A stretch of DNA of 40,644 nt from a phage (GCA_017062915.1 GCA_017062915.1_4331.1); one strand, 5' to 3'; shown: positions 10,674-19,000, numbered from the stretch's first letter. Notes: generated by a model not told the origin, from the letters alone. Translations and numbers: made by a program.

Positions 10674-10693
10674 TAATTAAACAGATTCAGATA

Positions 10694-11323
10694 TTAGCCA
10701 CGGCGACGACGTTCACGGCGCGGTGCTTCATCTTCTTCGTCGTCTTCCAGGTCATTGACGCTTGCTGCAACTTTAGAACCGCCAAACGCTTTACCTTCAC
10801 CTACGTATTTAATCGCCAGCAGGTTAACACCGAGAACTTTATACTTCTGGCTAAACCAGACTTCCACGCTTACGTTAGCAACGCAGCCGCTGTAAACCTG
10901 TTCGCCTTCAATCTGTTCACCTTCGACGTTGAAGTCAGGCTCTACCTGAGTTTCACCTTTTTTAGAGGTTACAATCAGAGGCTGTTTCTGCGCCTTCGCT
11001 TTGAAGTAGAAACCTTCCGGGAAGTCTTCAAACGGATTGTCGCGCTCAGCGATGTCCTTAATCGCGCATTTATCCATGTGCTTGCCTTCGCCGTAGTTTG
11101 ACTTCATCCACTTCCCTGCAGCGGCAGCCCCCAGTGCTTCTTCTACAACCGCGTAAACGGTGTCGTACATTTCGTCGATTTGCGCATGGTCAGACGGCAG
11201 AATGATAGTCGCGCTGTACTGGCCTTTAGTAATAGAGCCATCGTCGTTTTCACGGTCTTTTTCGCGTTCAAATACGTTAACCCATGCAGTGTTTACTTTA
11301 CGCAGATTCAGCTTAATACCCAT
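10694..11323 (-). CDS. ssDNA-binding protein-like (T7 gp2.5-like) replication protein
   Basis: 209 aa, RBS GAGGAA; acidic C-terminal tail DLEDDEEDE; first gene after a strong promoter and followed by a terminator (high-expression context); family assignment from memory only. Confidence 0.4.
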   Translation of the reverse strand: MGIKLNLRKVNTAWVNVFEREKDRENDDGSITKGQYSATIILPSDHAQIDEMYDTVYAVVEEALGAAAAGKWMKSNYGEGKHMDKCAIKDIAERDNPFEDFPEGFYFKAKAQKQPLIVTSKKGETQVEPDFNVEGEQIEGEQVYSGCVANVSVEVWFSQKYKVLGVNLLAIKYVGEGKAFGGSKVAASVNDLEDDEEDEAPRRERRRRG

Positions 11324-11380
11324 TTCCAGATTCCTCAGTTTTTTCAGTTTACTCCGGGAAGCTGCCCGGCCAGTGATTTA

Positions 11381-11409
11381 ACTATAATAGTTCGCTATTC
11401 AGGTGTCAA
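11381..11409 (-). promoter_or_regulatory. sigma70-type promoter (TTGACA-N17-TATAGT) with AATAG-N4-CTATT palindrome in the spacer
   Basis: Perfect -35 TTGACA, 17-nt spacer, -10 TATAGT on the minus strand; leader hairpin CCGGG-CAGCTT-CCCGG before RBS GAGGAA. Confidence 0.6.
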
Positions 11410-11413
11410 CACT

Positions 11414-12655
11414 TTATTCTAAATCTTCTTCACTAACCTGATTCCACTCAGGACGTTTGTCGTCCGCCGTTGCGACGCATGGCGCCCCCGGCTTACGGGT
11501 AATGAAGTCTTTCAGTTCTTCTTCCGATATAACTTTAACAGCTTCGGTCGGCGTCATTAGGACGACTTTATTCAGCATAGTGCCGTATTTCTCAGCCACC
11601 TTGTCGGCGTCTTTCCATGCACGATTACCCGGACGACCTTCTACCAGCTTGTACCCCGGAACTTTCTTACCAGAATACAACGCGGCGGACATCGCTTTTT
11701 CGACCTTGTCGATGTGCTGGCGCAACAACGGCAACTTCTCATACTCGGCGACTAGTTGCTCAGGTGTCAGTTCCAGTGCAAAGTCGTCTTCCAGTTCTTC
11801 TGCCAGTACCGAATTAACCGTCTTCGTTCTGGCGGCGCACTGTTCCGAGAACCTACACCACTGGCAACCGTCCACCGACGGCTTGAAGTCCGACGCTTTC
11901 AGGTTCTTCTTACCCCGGAAATACGCATCGAGTGCTAACAGTGCGCGTTTCTGCGCGAACTTAGCGAACAGTTCCAGACCTTCAACCGAAATATCCCACT
12001 CTGACGCACCACCAGCGTACGGCTGGAAGATGACCAGACGAACAGTTGTTATGTTATAACGTCTCTTGAGTCTGCGATAAACACCGAGAGCGTAAAGCAT
12101 AAGCTGCTTGTTTTCTTTCGCTTCGACACGATGCCGTCCTGTTTTCAGGTCGCCGATTACGAGCATATGCTCGTCGGTGTTTGCCAGTTCCTGAACGGCA
12201 ACAAGGTCGGCGGTCCCGAACGTCTCAACGCCTTCGTAGCCCGGATGCAGCACCTCAGTAAGATTGACACGCATCTCCAGCTTGGCGTAAGTCGCTACGT
12301 CAATAATCGCTTTGCAGTAGTCTGTGTACTTGCGCACCTGTTCAATCATGTCCGCCGTAATCAGTACCGCACCTTTCATCGGGCTGATTAGTGCCTTAAT
12401 CTGGCCTTTACCTTCATCCAGCACGTAAGCACCGACTTCACGCTCTAACGGCAGCGCAGTGCCCTTGATGTACTGGTTAAGGTGCATCTCCGCTATGGTG
12501 TGACATGCGGTCCCTGTAACGGCAGCTTTTCCAGATGCGTTAGGAATGTCTTTTTCACAGGCCAGTGACGCTGCACAACTTAGCCATTTCTTAGCACCAG
12601 ACGGAGACAGTAGTGCATGAACATCGTTATTGCCTCCGCGTTCTTTTAAAATCAT
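11414..12655 (-). CDS. PD-(D/E)XK family exonuclease with C-terminal Cys cluster (Cas4/RecB-like)
   Basis: Cys cluster CQWCRF..C; start placed at the ATG that overlaps the upstream stop (ATGA) rather than the track start. Confidence 0.6.
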   Translation of the reverse strand: MILKERGGNNDVHALLSPSGAKKWLSCAASLACEKDIPNASGKAAVTGTACHTIAEMHLNQYIKGTALPLEREVGAYVLDEGKGQIKALISPMKGAVLITADMIEQVRKYTDYCKAIIDVATYAKLEMRVNLTEVLHPGYEGVETFGTADLVAVQELANTDEHMLVIGDLKTGRHRVEAKENKQLMLYALGVYRRLKRRYNITTVRLVIFQPYAGGASEWDISVEGLELFAKFAQKRALLALDAYFRGKKNLKASDFKPSVDGCQWCRFSEQCAARTKTVNSVLAEELEDDFALELTPEQLVAEYEKLPLLRQHIDKVEKAMSAALYSGKKVPGYKLVEGRPGNRAWKDADKVAEKYGTMLNKVVLMTPTEAVKVISEEELKDFITRKPGAPCVATADDKRPEWNQVSEEDLE

Positions 12656-12924
12656 ACCCTGACCTCCCACTGGTCGATTAAATGCCGAGTCCTGTGGTCA
12701 CAATGCATCGCCCAACTATACATAGACTCGAAGACATAAAAGTCACTTTTAACGAAAGTCGTGCGCTTAATCTGCGACACGTGACGGCCTATATCTTTAG
12801 GGTGCGGCACTTTGCCTAAGTACGCCATCTCTTCCATCTGGTGCGAGCCAGACGGCGCACGTAACAGCCATAGCGCCTCTGTGCTATCCCGCCTGTCTAC
12901 GGCGCGGTAGAGTTGGTAAATCAT
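12652..12924 (-). CDS. hypothetical protein
   Basis: 90-aa ORF coupled to the exonuclease gene. Confidence 0.45.
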   Translation of the reverse strand: MIYQLYRAVDRRDSTEALWLLRAPSGSHQMEEMAYLGKVPHPKDIGRHVSQIKRTTFVKSDFYVFESMYSWAMHCDHRTRHLIDQWEVRV

Positions 12925-12967
12925 AATTCCGACCCTCAGTTAAAGCGGCCCGAAGGCCGCGGGATAG

Positions 12968-13489
12968 TTATTCTTCTTCGAAATACTTGTTCTTGATTGC
13001 TGTCAGGCGCTCCAGATACTCAGCCAGGTCTTCGTCTTTAATCGCTGCAATCTTCATCTTCTTACCGGTAAACTCTTCCAGCAGTTCGTCAGAATCGTCG
13101 CACGCGGCATCGCTTGGGCCTTCGTTAATCGCATCGTCGATAGCCTGAATCTGGTCGCGCAGAGACTGATAATTGACTTCTTCCTTCTCTTCTTCCGGTT
13201 CTGGCGTCTGCTCCTCTACTTTAGCTTTACGTGGTTTGCGTTTCGGCTTCTCTTCTTCTGCCGGTTTAGTGTCGACGATGTCTTCACCTTCGACCGGGAT
13301 TTCTTTCGCCTTCTCGACTTCTTCAAGTGCTTTAGCCAGCTCTTTTTTAACTGTTTCTACCCCCGTGACCGCAACATCAATGGTTAATTCACCTACTGAT
13401 TTGCCGTTTTGTGGTTTCACGCTATTCGCAGCAATCAGTTCATGTGCAACTACGAAACGTTCCAGTAATTTTAAAAATTGTTCTAACAT
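12968..13489 (-). CDS. acidic hypothetical protein (replication module)
   Basis: 173 aa, RBS AGGAGAA; highly charged central region (EEEKPKRKPRKAKVEEQTPEPEEEKEE). Confidence 0.5.
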   Translation of the reverse strand: MLEQFLKLLERFVVAHELIAANSVKPQNGKSVGELTIDVAVTGVETVKKELAKALEEVEKAKEIPVEGEDIVDTKPAEEEKPKRKPRKAKVEEQTPEPEEEKEEVNYQSLRDQIQAIDDAINEGPSDAACDDSDELLEEFTGKKMKIAAIKDEDLAEYLERLTAIKNKYFEEE

Positions 13490-13504
13490 TATTTGTTCTC
13501 CTGT

Positions 13505-13666
13505 TTATTTTGACGCTTGAATCATTGCTTGCCAGATAAAATAAACGGCGTCTGATAGTTGCTCTTCATCGACTTCATCCTCGATGCCAGGGATGTAGTA
13601 TATCAGTTGGTCTATGCCGGCTTTTAACATTTCTTCTGTTGGTTGCATGTCTACGCTGAACTTCAT
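13505..13666 (-). CDS. small acidic protein (53 aa), hypothetical
   Basis: First ORF after the leftward promoter; RBS AGGAG in the leader module CAAACGAGAGGAGAGACAA shared with the promoter at 18728. Confidence 0.35.
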   Translation of the reverse strand: MKFSVDMQPTEEMLKAGIDQLIYYIPGIEDEVDEEQLSDAVYFIWQAMIQASK

Positions 13667-13696
13667 TTTGTCTCTCCTCTCGTTTGGTATGGGCTA

Positions 13697-13725
13697 ACTA
13701 TAATAGCGAACTATTCACATGTCAA
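13697..13725 (-). promoter_or_regulatory. sigma70-type leftward promoter (TTGACA-N17-TATAGT) with AATAG-N4-CTATT palindrome
   Basis: Perfect -35 and 17-nt spacer on the minus strand; part of a divergent control region with the HTH gene. Confidence 0.6.
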
Positions 13726-13730
13726 TGGGC

Positions 13731-13758
13731 TTTTCTAAAATAATTAATATGGTACTAT
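13731..13758 (+). promoter_or_regulatory. rightward promoter for the HTH regulator gene (weak -35, -10 TACTAT)
   Basis: TACTATTCA -10 block as in the early-class promoters; half-site AATAT-N4-CTATT with one mismatch. Confidence 0.4.
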
Positions 13759-13789
13759 TCACATATCAACTGACTAAGGAGTAATTGAC

Positions 13790-14005
13790 ATGCAACCATC
13801 TGAACTAGGAATCCGTGTAGAGCAACGCCGTAAAGAACTCGGCATCTCCCAGCGCCGGCTGGCTGTCCTGACTGGCGTTTCCCAGGGTGCGATTAACCAG
13901 CTGGCTCTCGGTGTAACTCAGGACGTCCGCCCGGCAACGCTGTTTAAACTGGCGGAAGTGCTGGAAGTAGACGCCAAGTGGCTGGCGTTCGGTGAAGGGG
14001 CTTAA
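13790..14005 (+). CDS. XRE/Cro-type helix-turn-helix transcriptional regulator
   Basis: 71 aa; HTH signature ISQRRLAVLTGVSQGAINQLALG; RBS AAGGAG; single-gene unit ended by a terminator. Confidence 0.7.
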   Translation: MQPSELGIRVEQRRKELGISQRRLAVLTGVSQGAINQLALGVTQDVRPATLFKLAEVLEVDAKWLAFGEGA

Positions 14006-14020
14006 CGCCCCTTTCTTTTT
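13997..14020 (+). terminator. rho-independent terminator
   Basis: GGGGC-TTAAC-GCCCC followed by TTTCTTTTT; overlaps the stop of the HTH gene. Confidence 0.6.
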
Positions 14021-14022
14021 AC

Positions 14023-16290
14023 CTATTCCAAATCTTCCTCCGTAACCACCAGCATTTCATTCGGTTCGTATATTGTCTTCGGAATCTTGTTATCCGTTAT
14101 TCTGGTGTTCAGCCTGTAACGGCCTGGAATTATCTGATTGTTTTCGTCGGTCCCTGGCACAAGATACCCCGCCTCAACCATTTTCTTAATCTTCCCACGT
14201 TCTATGGCTTCTTTGGAGTTAAACGCCTTCGCGTTGGGGTCGGACTGTGCGAGTTTATTCGCTGCAGCTGCCGTGATACCTTCGTTGCCGTTGTAAGTTC
14301 CTTCTGCCAGTTCGAACGCTGCCAGTATCGTGACCTCTGAACTGTTGACGGCGTTCTCTACGGTTTTACGTACGTTTTCTTTACCTTCCTTTGTCAGCCC
14401 TTCTTCCCGCTCTTTCTCCTCGTCAGTCTTGAATGGTTCGAAGCCCCACGGCATCAACACAAGCGCCTTGTGTGGTTCAGGCAGGTCAAGGTTTACGATT
14501 GTGCCGTATTCCTCGGTGCTGCCCAGGAACTCAACCGCGCGGTACTCTTTCGGCGGTGGGGCTTCGCGGAACTGCACAGACTCCAGCGCCATACCAACCG
14601 TCTTCTGTTGAGGGCCATGCTTAAATTTCGAGTGGTATACGTTTATCTGACGGTCGGTCGCGCGTTCAATTGTCAGTTCCACGTCGACGCCCGCATACAG
14701 CGCCCCACTACCACGGGCTTTCTTTCCGCCCTTCGGGGTATGATGGACAACGCCCACCGCAGCTTTAGTCGCGTCACGTACTTCTTTCAGGATGGCGATA
14801 ACTTTACCCATGCCGATTGCCGTCGATGAACTGTTCTCGTCGAACTTATCAATCGTCAGCGCCAACGTCTGGTTAAGGGTATCGAACGCAACCATGCCAA
14901 TTGGCTCGTCGCCAGCAGTTTCACGCATCAGCTTAATCAGGCTTTTCAGTTTGCCGACTTCACCCATATCGATAACGTGGATGTAGTTCTTCCCCTCCTC
15001 GCCATATTTAGCCGCGAGTGCGTCGATACGTGTGCGTGTAGCTGCGCCACCCTCACCGTCGATATAGAAATGGTGGCAACGCTGGGTATCGGCCCCCGCA
15101 AACCGGTATCCAGCGGCGCTCAGGTACATCATCCCCAGCGTATAGAAGGATTTGTACGTGCCGGATTCCCCAACAATATCCCATATGCAATCCGAGGGCA
15201 TGTACCCCTCAACGACGAAATCAGCCTTTACCGGTTCCGGTAACTCGTCCTCCTCTGAGTCCTCGTCGTCTTCCAGGTCATCGAGGCTGCATTCGACCGT
15301 CTCACGCGCGCCCCAGCCGATGGCCTCAGCGACTTCACTGAACGGCAGCCCGGTCGCATCGCACGCATATTTCCACACCTCTTTCGGCGACATACTCTCT
15401 GTTGCCGTAATGTCGGTGTCGTGAATCATTGTTACGTTAGGCGCGGCGTAACCCTCTCGCGGAAAGCACAGCAGGAAATCATCCGGGCGCGGTGTCGGGT
15501 CGCTGTAGTTCTCGGCGTGCTCTGGTGTGGCTGGCATCTTAAGGCCGCGCGACGTCATAACACCGCCATACTCGAACGCAAGTGCCTCAAACGCATCTGT
15601 AAACGCGGTGCGCAGTTCTTCCGGTATCTGGTAGTCAGATGCGCTGCTCACCTCGTGATCCGGGATGCCTTCCAGTAGCTCATCCGGGTCAATCAGGTCG
15701 TTGCGGCGCGACCAGATAACCTGAGAGCCGACCGGCGGCAGGTACATAGGCTGCGAAAGAGTGAACCCACTGCGGTCTGCACCCATGCCTTTGAAGAAGT
15801 GCTCCAGCAATCCGTGGCGGACGCGGATGATGTCACCACCTTCTACCGGGCGGCCTAGTGGCGTGACGACGCGAAAGCGCGGCGACTCGTCGGTATGCGA
15901 TGCCGTGGTGTAAATGCACATGGCTTTACGACTGCGCTTAACCAGGCGCACAGCTTCCTGATACTCTTCCGGCGTCGCACTGTCGAAGTCCAGATAAGCG
16001 AGCGACGATTTGCTTACAGACGCGTCGCAGCGATAGAAGAAGCCTTTACGCGCCTGCTTAAAGTCACTGGTTTCCGGGTCTTTTACGGTGCTGTGCGTTG
16101 AGTCACACGCCGCGGTGATATAACCGGGAGCGGTCTTCGGGTTAACCCCATCGCGAACGGCATCGAGTGGCTGAATTAGCTCTTTCAGGTCGTCCAGTGT
16201 TGCCGTGTGGGTTGTTCTGACGTTTATATCCTTTTTCTCTGCCCGCGCGTTGCGACGAGACCACGAGTAGGATAAAATTACATCGGACAT
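14023..16290 (-). CDS. primase-polymerase (AEP-like) / helicase fusion protein
   Basis: N-terminal AEP-type motifs (AYLDFDS, TASHTDES); C-terminal P-loop ATPase with Walker A GESGTYKS; start set at an internal ATG with RBS AAGGA (the track ORF extends to 16332 from a GTG). Confidence 0.7.
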   Translation of the reverse strand: MSDVILSYSWSRRNARAEKKDINVRTTHTATLDDLKELIQPLDAVRDGVNPKTAPGYITAACDSTHSTVKDPETSDFKQARKGFFYRCDASVSKSSLAYLDFDSATPEEYQEAVRLVKRSRKAMCIYTTASHTDESPRFRVVTPLGRPVEGGDIIRVRHGLLEHFFKGMGADRSGFTLSQPMYLPPVGSQVIWSRRNDLIDPDELLEGIPDHEVSSASDYQIPEELRTAFTDAFEALAFEYGGVMTSRGLKMPATPEHAENYSDPTPRPDDFLLCFPREGYAAPNVTMIHDTDITATESMSPKEVWKYACDATGLPFSEVAEAIGWGARETVECSLDDLEDDEDSEEDELPEPVKADFVVEGYMPSDCIWDIVGESGTYKSFYTLGMMYLSAAGYRFAGADTQRCHHFYIDGEGGAATRTRIDALAAKYGEEGKNYIHVIDMGEVGKLKSLIKLMRETAGDEPIGMVAFDTLNQTLALTIDKFDENSSSTAIGMGKVIAILKEVRDATKAAVGVVHHTPKGGKKARGSGALYAGVDVELTIERATDRQINVYHSKFKHGPQQKTVGMALESVQFREAPPPKEYRAVEFLGSTEEYGTIVNLDLPEPHKALVLMPWGFEPFKTDEEKEREEGLTKEGKENVRKTVENAVNSSEVTILAAFELAEGTYNGNEGITAAAANKLAQSDPNAKAFNSKEAIERGKIKKMVEAGYLVPGTDENNQIIPGRYRLNTRITDNKIPKTIYEPNEMLVVTEEDLE

Positions 16291-16348
16291 GTTGTATATT
16301 CCTTCAGCAAGTAATTTAGCCTCGGCGTTCACGCGTCGGGGCTTTCTT

Positions 16349-16639
16349 TTATCTTTTGGCCAGACATTCCATCAAATGCGCGTACTTACGGTAATAATCT
16401 ACGACAATCTCATCGCCGAAATACTGATAAATGTACGCTAAGTGGTCAGAGACACCGATGGAGGCCGACATTGTGCTGAGTCTTCGGAGACTAATCAACT
16501 GCAATTCTTCTGTAACGCAAAACGGTGAATAAGAGTCCAGCTTACAAGAAACGTTAAAGCACAACGCGTACTCGCCTTGCGCTAAATAAACCATATAAGC
16601 ATTGTCGTTCTCTTTATCGTGGAAAATTACACCTTTCAT
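16349..16639 (-). CDS. hypothetical protein
   Basis: 96-aa ORF coupled to the AlpA-like gene. Confidence 0.45.
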   Translation of the reverse strand: MKGVIFHDKENDNAYMVYLAQGEYALCFNVSCKLDSYSPFCVTEELQLISLRRLSTMSASIGVSDHLAYIYQYFGDEIVVDYYRKYAHLMECLAKR

Positions 16640-16806
16640 TTCACGTTCTCCTTAATCCACGCTTCAACTTTATTACGGTCAAATGTTCCCGGTAAACGGC
16701 GGCCCATTACTTTAACGCTGCAATCAGGAAACTTTCCACTCTTAATCCAGTTATTAATCGTCTGGCGGGTGACGCCAATTAATTCTGCGACTTCATTGAT
16801 AGTCAT
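16636..16806 (-). CDS. AlpA/excisionase-like helix-turn-helix DNA-binding protein
   Basis: MTINEVAELIGVTRQTINNWIKSGKFP is the MerR-type winged-helix pattern of AlpA/Xis regulators; start at ATG with RBS GGAG; the track's N-terminal extension (TTG start) is rejected. Confidence 0.6.
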   Translation of the reverse strand: MTINEVAELIGVTRQTINNWIKSGKFPDCSVKVMGRRLPGTFDRNKVEAWIKENVK

Positions 16807-16846
16807 TTCACGCTCTCCTGTGTAAGATGTATCGAAGTATAAGGCG

Positions 16847-16886
16847 GTAACTTTGTAAAAGCAACCAAAACCGAACACAAAGTTAC
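16847..16886. promoter_or_regulatory. inverted repeat GTAACTTTGT-N20-ACAAAGTTAC overlapping a candidate leftward promoter (TTGCTT-N17-TATACT)
   Basis: Perfect 10-bp inverted repeat; one half-site lies in the spacer of the putative promoter of the AlpA-like operon. Confidence 0.45.
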
Positions 16887-16911
16887 TAAGATACAAAAGA
16901 TGCTACTGGTA

Positions 16912-17165
16912 TTGACTTTTACTTAAAAATATGCTAAGCTTCACTGAGCTTGTGAGATATCGCAAGCGACCGCGGAGCGGCAGGGAACGCAACGCGTGCC
17001 ATTAGGCACTTGAGTGTAGTTCCGCTGGCGCTTTCGGAAGGGCCAAAGTCTATTGTTAATCCCACCTAAATACCCAAGTCACTGATAATTAAAAGTTTCT
17101 ATAGTTTCCGTGAGCAAGGTGGAAAGTACTTCACTCCGCTGGGGCGGGCTAACGCCCGCCCACTG
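16912..17165 (+). ncRNA. candidate promoter-proximal structured RNA element, copy 1
   Basis: TTGACT-N17-TAAGCT promoter (16912-16940), about 200 nt without a credible ORF, GC hairpin GGGCGGGC-TAAC-GCCCGCCC at 17142-17161; paralogous to 28022-28259. Confidence 0.4.
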
Positions 17166-17219
17166 CGTTGCGTACTCTTTTAAGAAACGAAAGAATCACA
17201 ACGGCAACGTAACTATCTC

Positions 17220-17248
17220 TTGCACGCCCCAACATAATAGGATACTAT
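17220..17248 (+). promoter_or_regulatory. early-class promoter TTGCAC-N17-TACTAT with AATAG-N4-CTATT palindrome
   Basis: Near-identical module at 18728, 27927(-) and 36211(-); leader TTATCGAAACGAGACAGAGGAG supplies the RBS. Confidence 0.55.
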
Positions 17249-17282
17249 TCACTTATCGAAACGAGACAGAGGAGTGAAGGTT

Positions 17283-17474
17283 ATGTTTAAGAAGGGTCAG
17301 TTGGTTAAATGCGCCGACGGTAAACACGGTGTGATTGAATTAAAATCCGCTTTATTTCCGGGAGAGTACATAGTTACTGTGCAAAAGGTGAGAGGAGTAA
17401 ATTCGGTGGCATACGTAGCGGAAGAGAATTTAAAACTAATCGGCAACAATTTTAAATTCAAAGGGGCGAAGTGA
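17283..17474 (+). CDS. hypothetical early protein
   Basis: RBS AGAGGAG 8 nt upstream of the ATG; first gene after the early promoter. Confidence 0.5.
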   Translation: MFKKGQLVKCADGKHGVIELKSALFPGEYIVTVQKVRGVNSVAYVAEENLKLIGNNFKFKGAK

Positions 17475-17680
17475 TGCAAATCATAATTACAGATAACACC
17501 ATTACCTATGAAACGGCTAACGATACTCTGGAAAGCATAGGTGTAAATATAGGCGATGTTTTTGATGTACTGGATTCATGTAACGGCGGCTGGTGGATTA
17601 AAACCGGGCGCTACACTATACCGGTTACTAAGGATGAGGCGAAGATATACACATCGGCATCGGATAAAGAGGCGAAGTGA
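17471..17680 (+). CDS. hypothetical early protein
   Basis: 69 aa, ATGA-type overlap with the upstream gene. Confidence 0.5.
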   Translation: MMQIIITDNTITYETANDTLESIGVNIGDVFDVLDSCNGGWWIKTGRYTIPVTKDEAKIYTSASDKEAK

Positions 17681-17883
17681 TGCAAGAATTATTTGAAGAA
17701 CTGAAACATCATGAACTAGAAGAAGTGCATTTCATAATTGACCATTACAAAGTCACTTTATTAGACGGTACAACCATTTCTTCAGGGGCAAGTGACGATT
17801 TGTTGAAATTTTTACGTTTACTACGAACGGCATCGAATCATGATGCTCGTGCCGACGACTCTGAGGGAGGTTGCCGTAAATGA
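17677..17883 (+). CDS. hypothetical early protein
   Basis: 68 aa, coupled. Confidence 0.5.
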   Translation: MMQELFEELKHHELEEVHFIIDHYKVTLLDGTTISSGASDDLLKFLRLLRTASNHDARADDSEGGCRK

Positions 17884-18071
17884 GAATTCGAATAACTGAT
17901 GTTGATTATGTTCTTCCGCCGGGGTATGGCGACCACTCACTGCGCTACTTTGGTGTTTCGGTAGGTGATGAGTTCGAGGTTACGTCCAGTAATGACTACG
18001 GATGCACAGTCGAACATTGTGGCGAGGAACTGTACGTGCGTAGACGTGAATATGTGATTATTGAGGACTAA
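17880..18071 (+). CDS. hypothetical early protein
   Basis: 63 aa, coupled. Confidence 0.5.
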   Translation: MRIRITDVDYVLPPGYGDHSLRYFGVSVGDEFEVTSSNDYGCTVEHCGEELYVRRREYVIIED

Positions 18072-18074
18072 GTT

Positions 18075-18218
18075 ATGAGAGAAGCATTCGAACGGTGGGC
18101 CGTCGTAGAGGGGCTGCCGGTTAACAAGGGTTCGAAGAAAGAGTACCTGAACGTTAAGACGCGTCTCGCGTGGCGGGCGTGGAAAGCTGGTGTACAAGCT
18201 ATTCTGAATAAGGGGTAA
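18075..18218 (+). CDS. small hypothetical protein (47 aa)
   Basis: ATG with RBS GAGGA; fills the gap between flanking genes; below the track cutoff. Confidence 0.4.
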   Translation: MREAFERWAVVEGLPVNKGSKKEYLNVKTRLAWRAWKAGVQAILNKG

Positions 18219-18221
18219 GTT

Positions 18222-18416
18222 ATGAGCGAGTGGATTACGTGTAGTGAGCGGATGCCGGAGCATTTCCGTGATGTGCTGGTAACCAATGGCGTGGATGTAG
18301 AAGTTAAATGGCTTGATGAAAATTACTGCTGGGATAGTTTCACGGAGAACAATTCAAATATTCGTAGCTGCGACGTGGTGTACTGGATGCCGTTACCGCA
18401 GCCGCCAGAATTGTGA
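18222..18416 (+). CDS. DUF551-like phage protein
   Basis: 64 aa; C-terminal WMPLPQPP resembles the conserved DUF551 tail. Confidence 0.5.
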   Translation: MSEWITCSERMPEHFRDVLVTNGVDVEVKWLDENYCWDSFTENNSNIRSCDVVYWMPLPQPPEL

Positions 18417-18458
18417 TGTTATATTGTAACAATAGTTTGAGATTTTACTGAGTGACTT

Positions 18459-18495
18459 ACGCTGCTACACAGCAGCGTATCATTTTTCTCATTTT
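18459..18495 (+). terminator. rho-independent terminator
   Basis: ACGCTGCT-ACAC-AGCAGCGT followed by ATCATTTTTCTCATTTTT. Confidence 0.55.
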
Positions 18496-18549
18496 TGTCC
18501 TATTTCACTAAACGCAACAATCGAAGTGACTATTGCAGGAGATGCAACG

Positions 18550-18720
18550 ATGAAACTGAATGACATCGTAACCTGGACCGGCAGAAACGGAGAAAAGCGA
18601 TTCGGGCTTATTGTTGAGTCAAACGGCAACAAGTACCGTGTTATGCGATGGCGTCAGTGGGCCAGACGTCCAAGGTACTACTGGATTCGTAGTGAACGAT
18701 TATCTTTAAAACACCAATAA
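18550..18720 (+). CDS. hypothetical protein
   Basis: ATG with RBS AGGAG at 8 nt spacing (track start 18526 less likely). Confidence 0.45.
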   Translation: MKLNDIVTWTGRNGEKRFGLIVESNGNKYRVMRWRQWARRPRYYWIRSERLSLKHQ

Positions 18721-18727
18721 AATTTAC

Positions 18728-18756
18728 TTGCACACTGAGATATAATAGGCTACTAT
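18728..18756 (+). promoter_or_regulatory. early-class promoter TTGCAC-N17-TACTAT with AATAG-N4-CTATT palindrome
   Basis: Same module as 17220-17248; leader CACAAACGAGAGGAGAGACAAGG. Confidence 0.55.
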
Positions 18757-18796
18757 TCATTTACACAAACGAGAGGAGAGACAAGGTGAAAGAGTT

Positions 18797-19000
18797 ATGA
18801 CCAGCATCTTATTTATCTGGGTGCTGTCCGCAGGCCAGATGCAACTGGCGGCATCAGAAACGTTTTATTCGATGGAGGCGTGCCAGTCAGCGGCACGCGC
18901 CGCAGAGAACGCGCACTTTCTGTTTCAGGGTGACAAGCCCAACGATTCAGAGGTACGTGCTATCTGCTCACCTAAGCGACTTGGTAAACAGGAGAAGTGA
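18797..19000 (+). CDS. hypothetical protein with hydrophobic N-terminus
   Basis: 67 aa; N-terminal MTSILFIWVLSAGQMQLAA looks like a signal/anchor segment. Confidence 0.45.
   Translation: MTSILFIWVLSAGQMQLAASETFYSMEACQSAARAAENAHFLFQGDKPNDSEVRAICSPKRLGKQEK

Noticed and set aside
16807-16896. N-terminal extension of the AlpA-like ORF (track start at 16896, TTG)
   Set aside because: The extension translates to low-complexity hydrophobic text (MYLSNFVFGFGCFYK...), lacks an RBS, and covers the inverted-repeat control region; the internal ATG with GGAG gives a typical ~56-aa AlpA-like protein.
17142-17185. Copy 1 hairpin GGGCGGGC-TAAC-GCCCGCCC as a classical intrinsic terminator
   Set aside because: The nearest T-run (TCTTTTAAG) starts about 15 nt after the stem, so efficient intrinsic termination is doubtful; kept only as the structural 3' boundary of the element.
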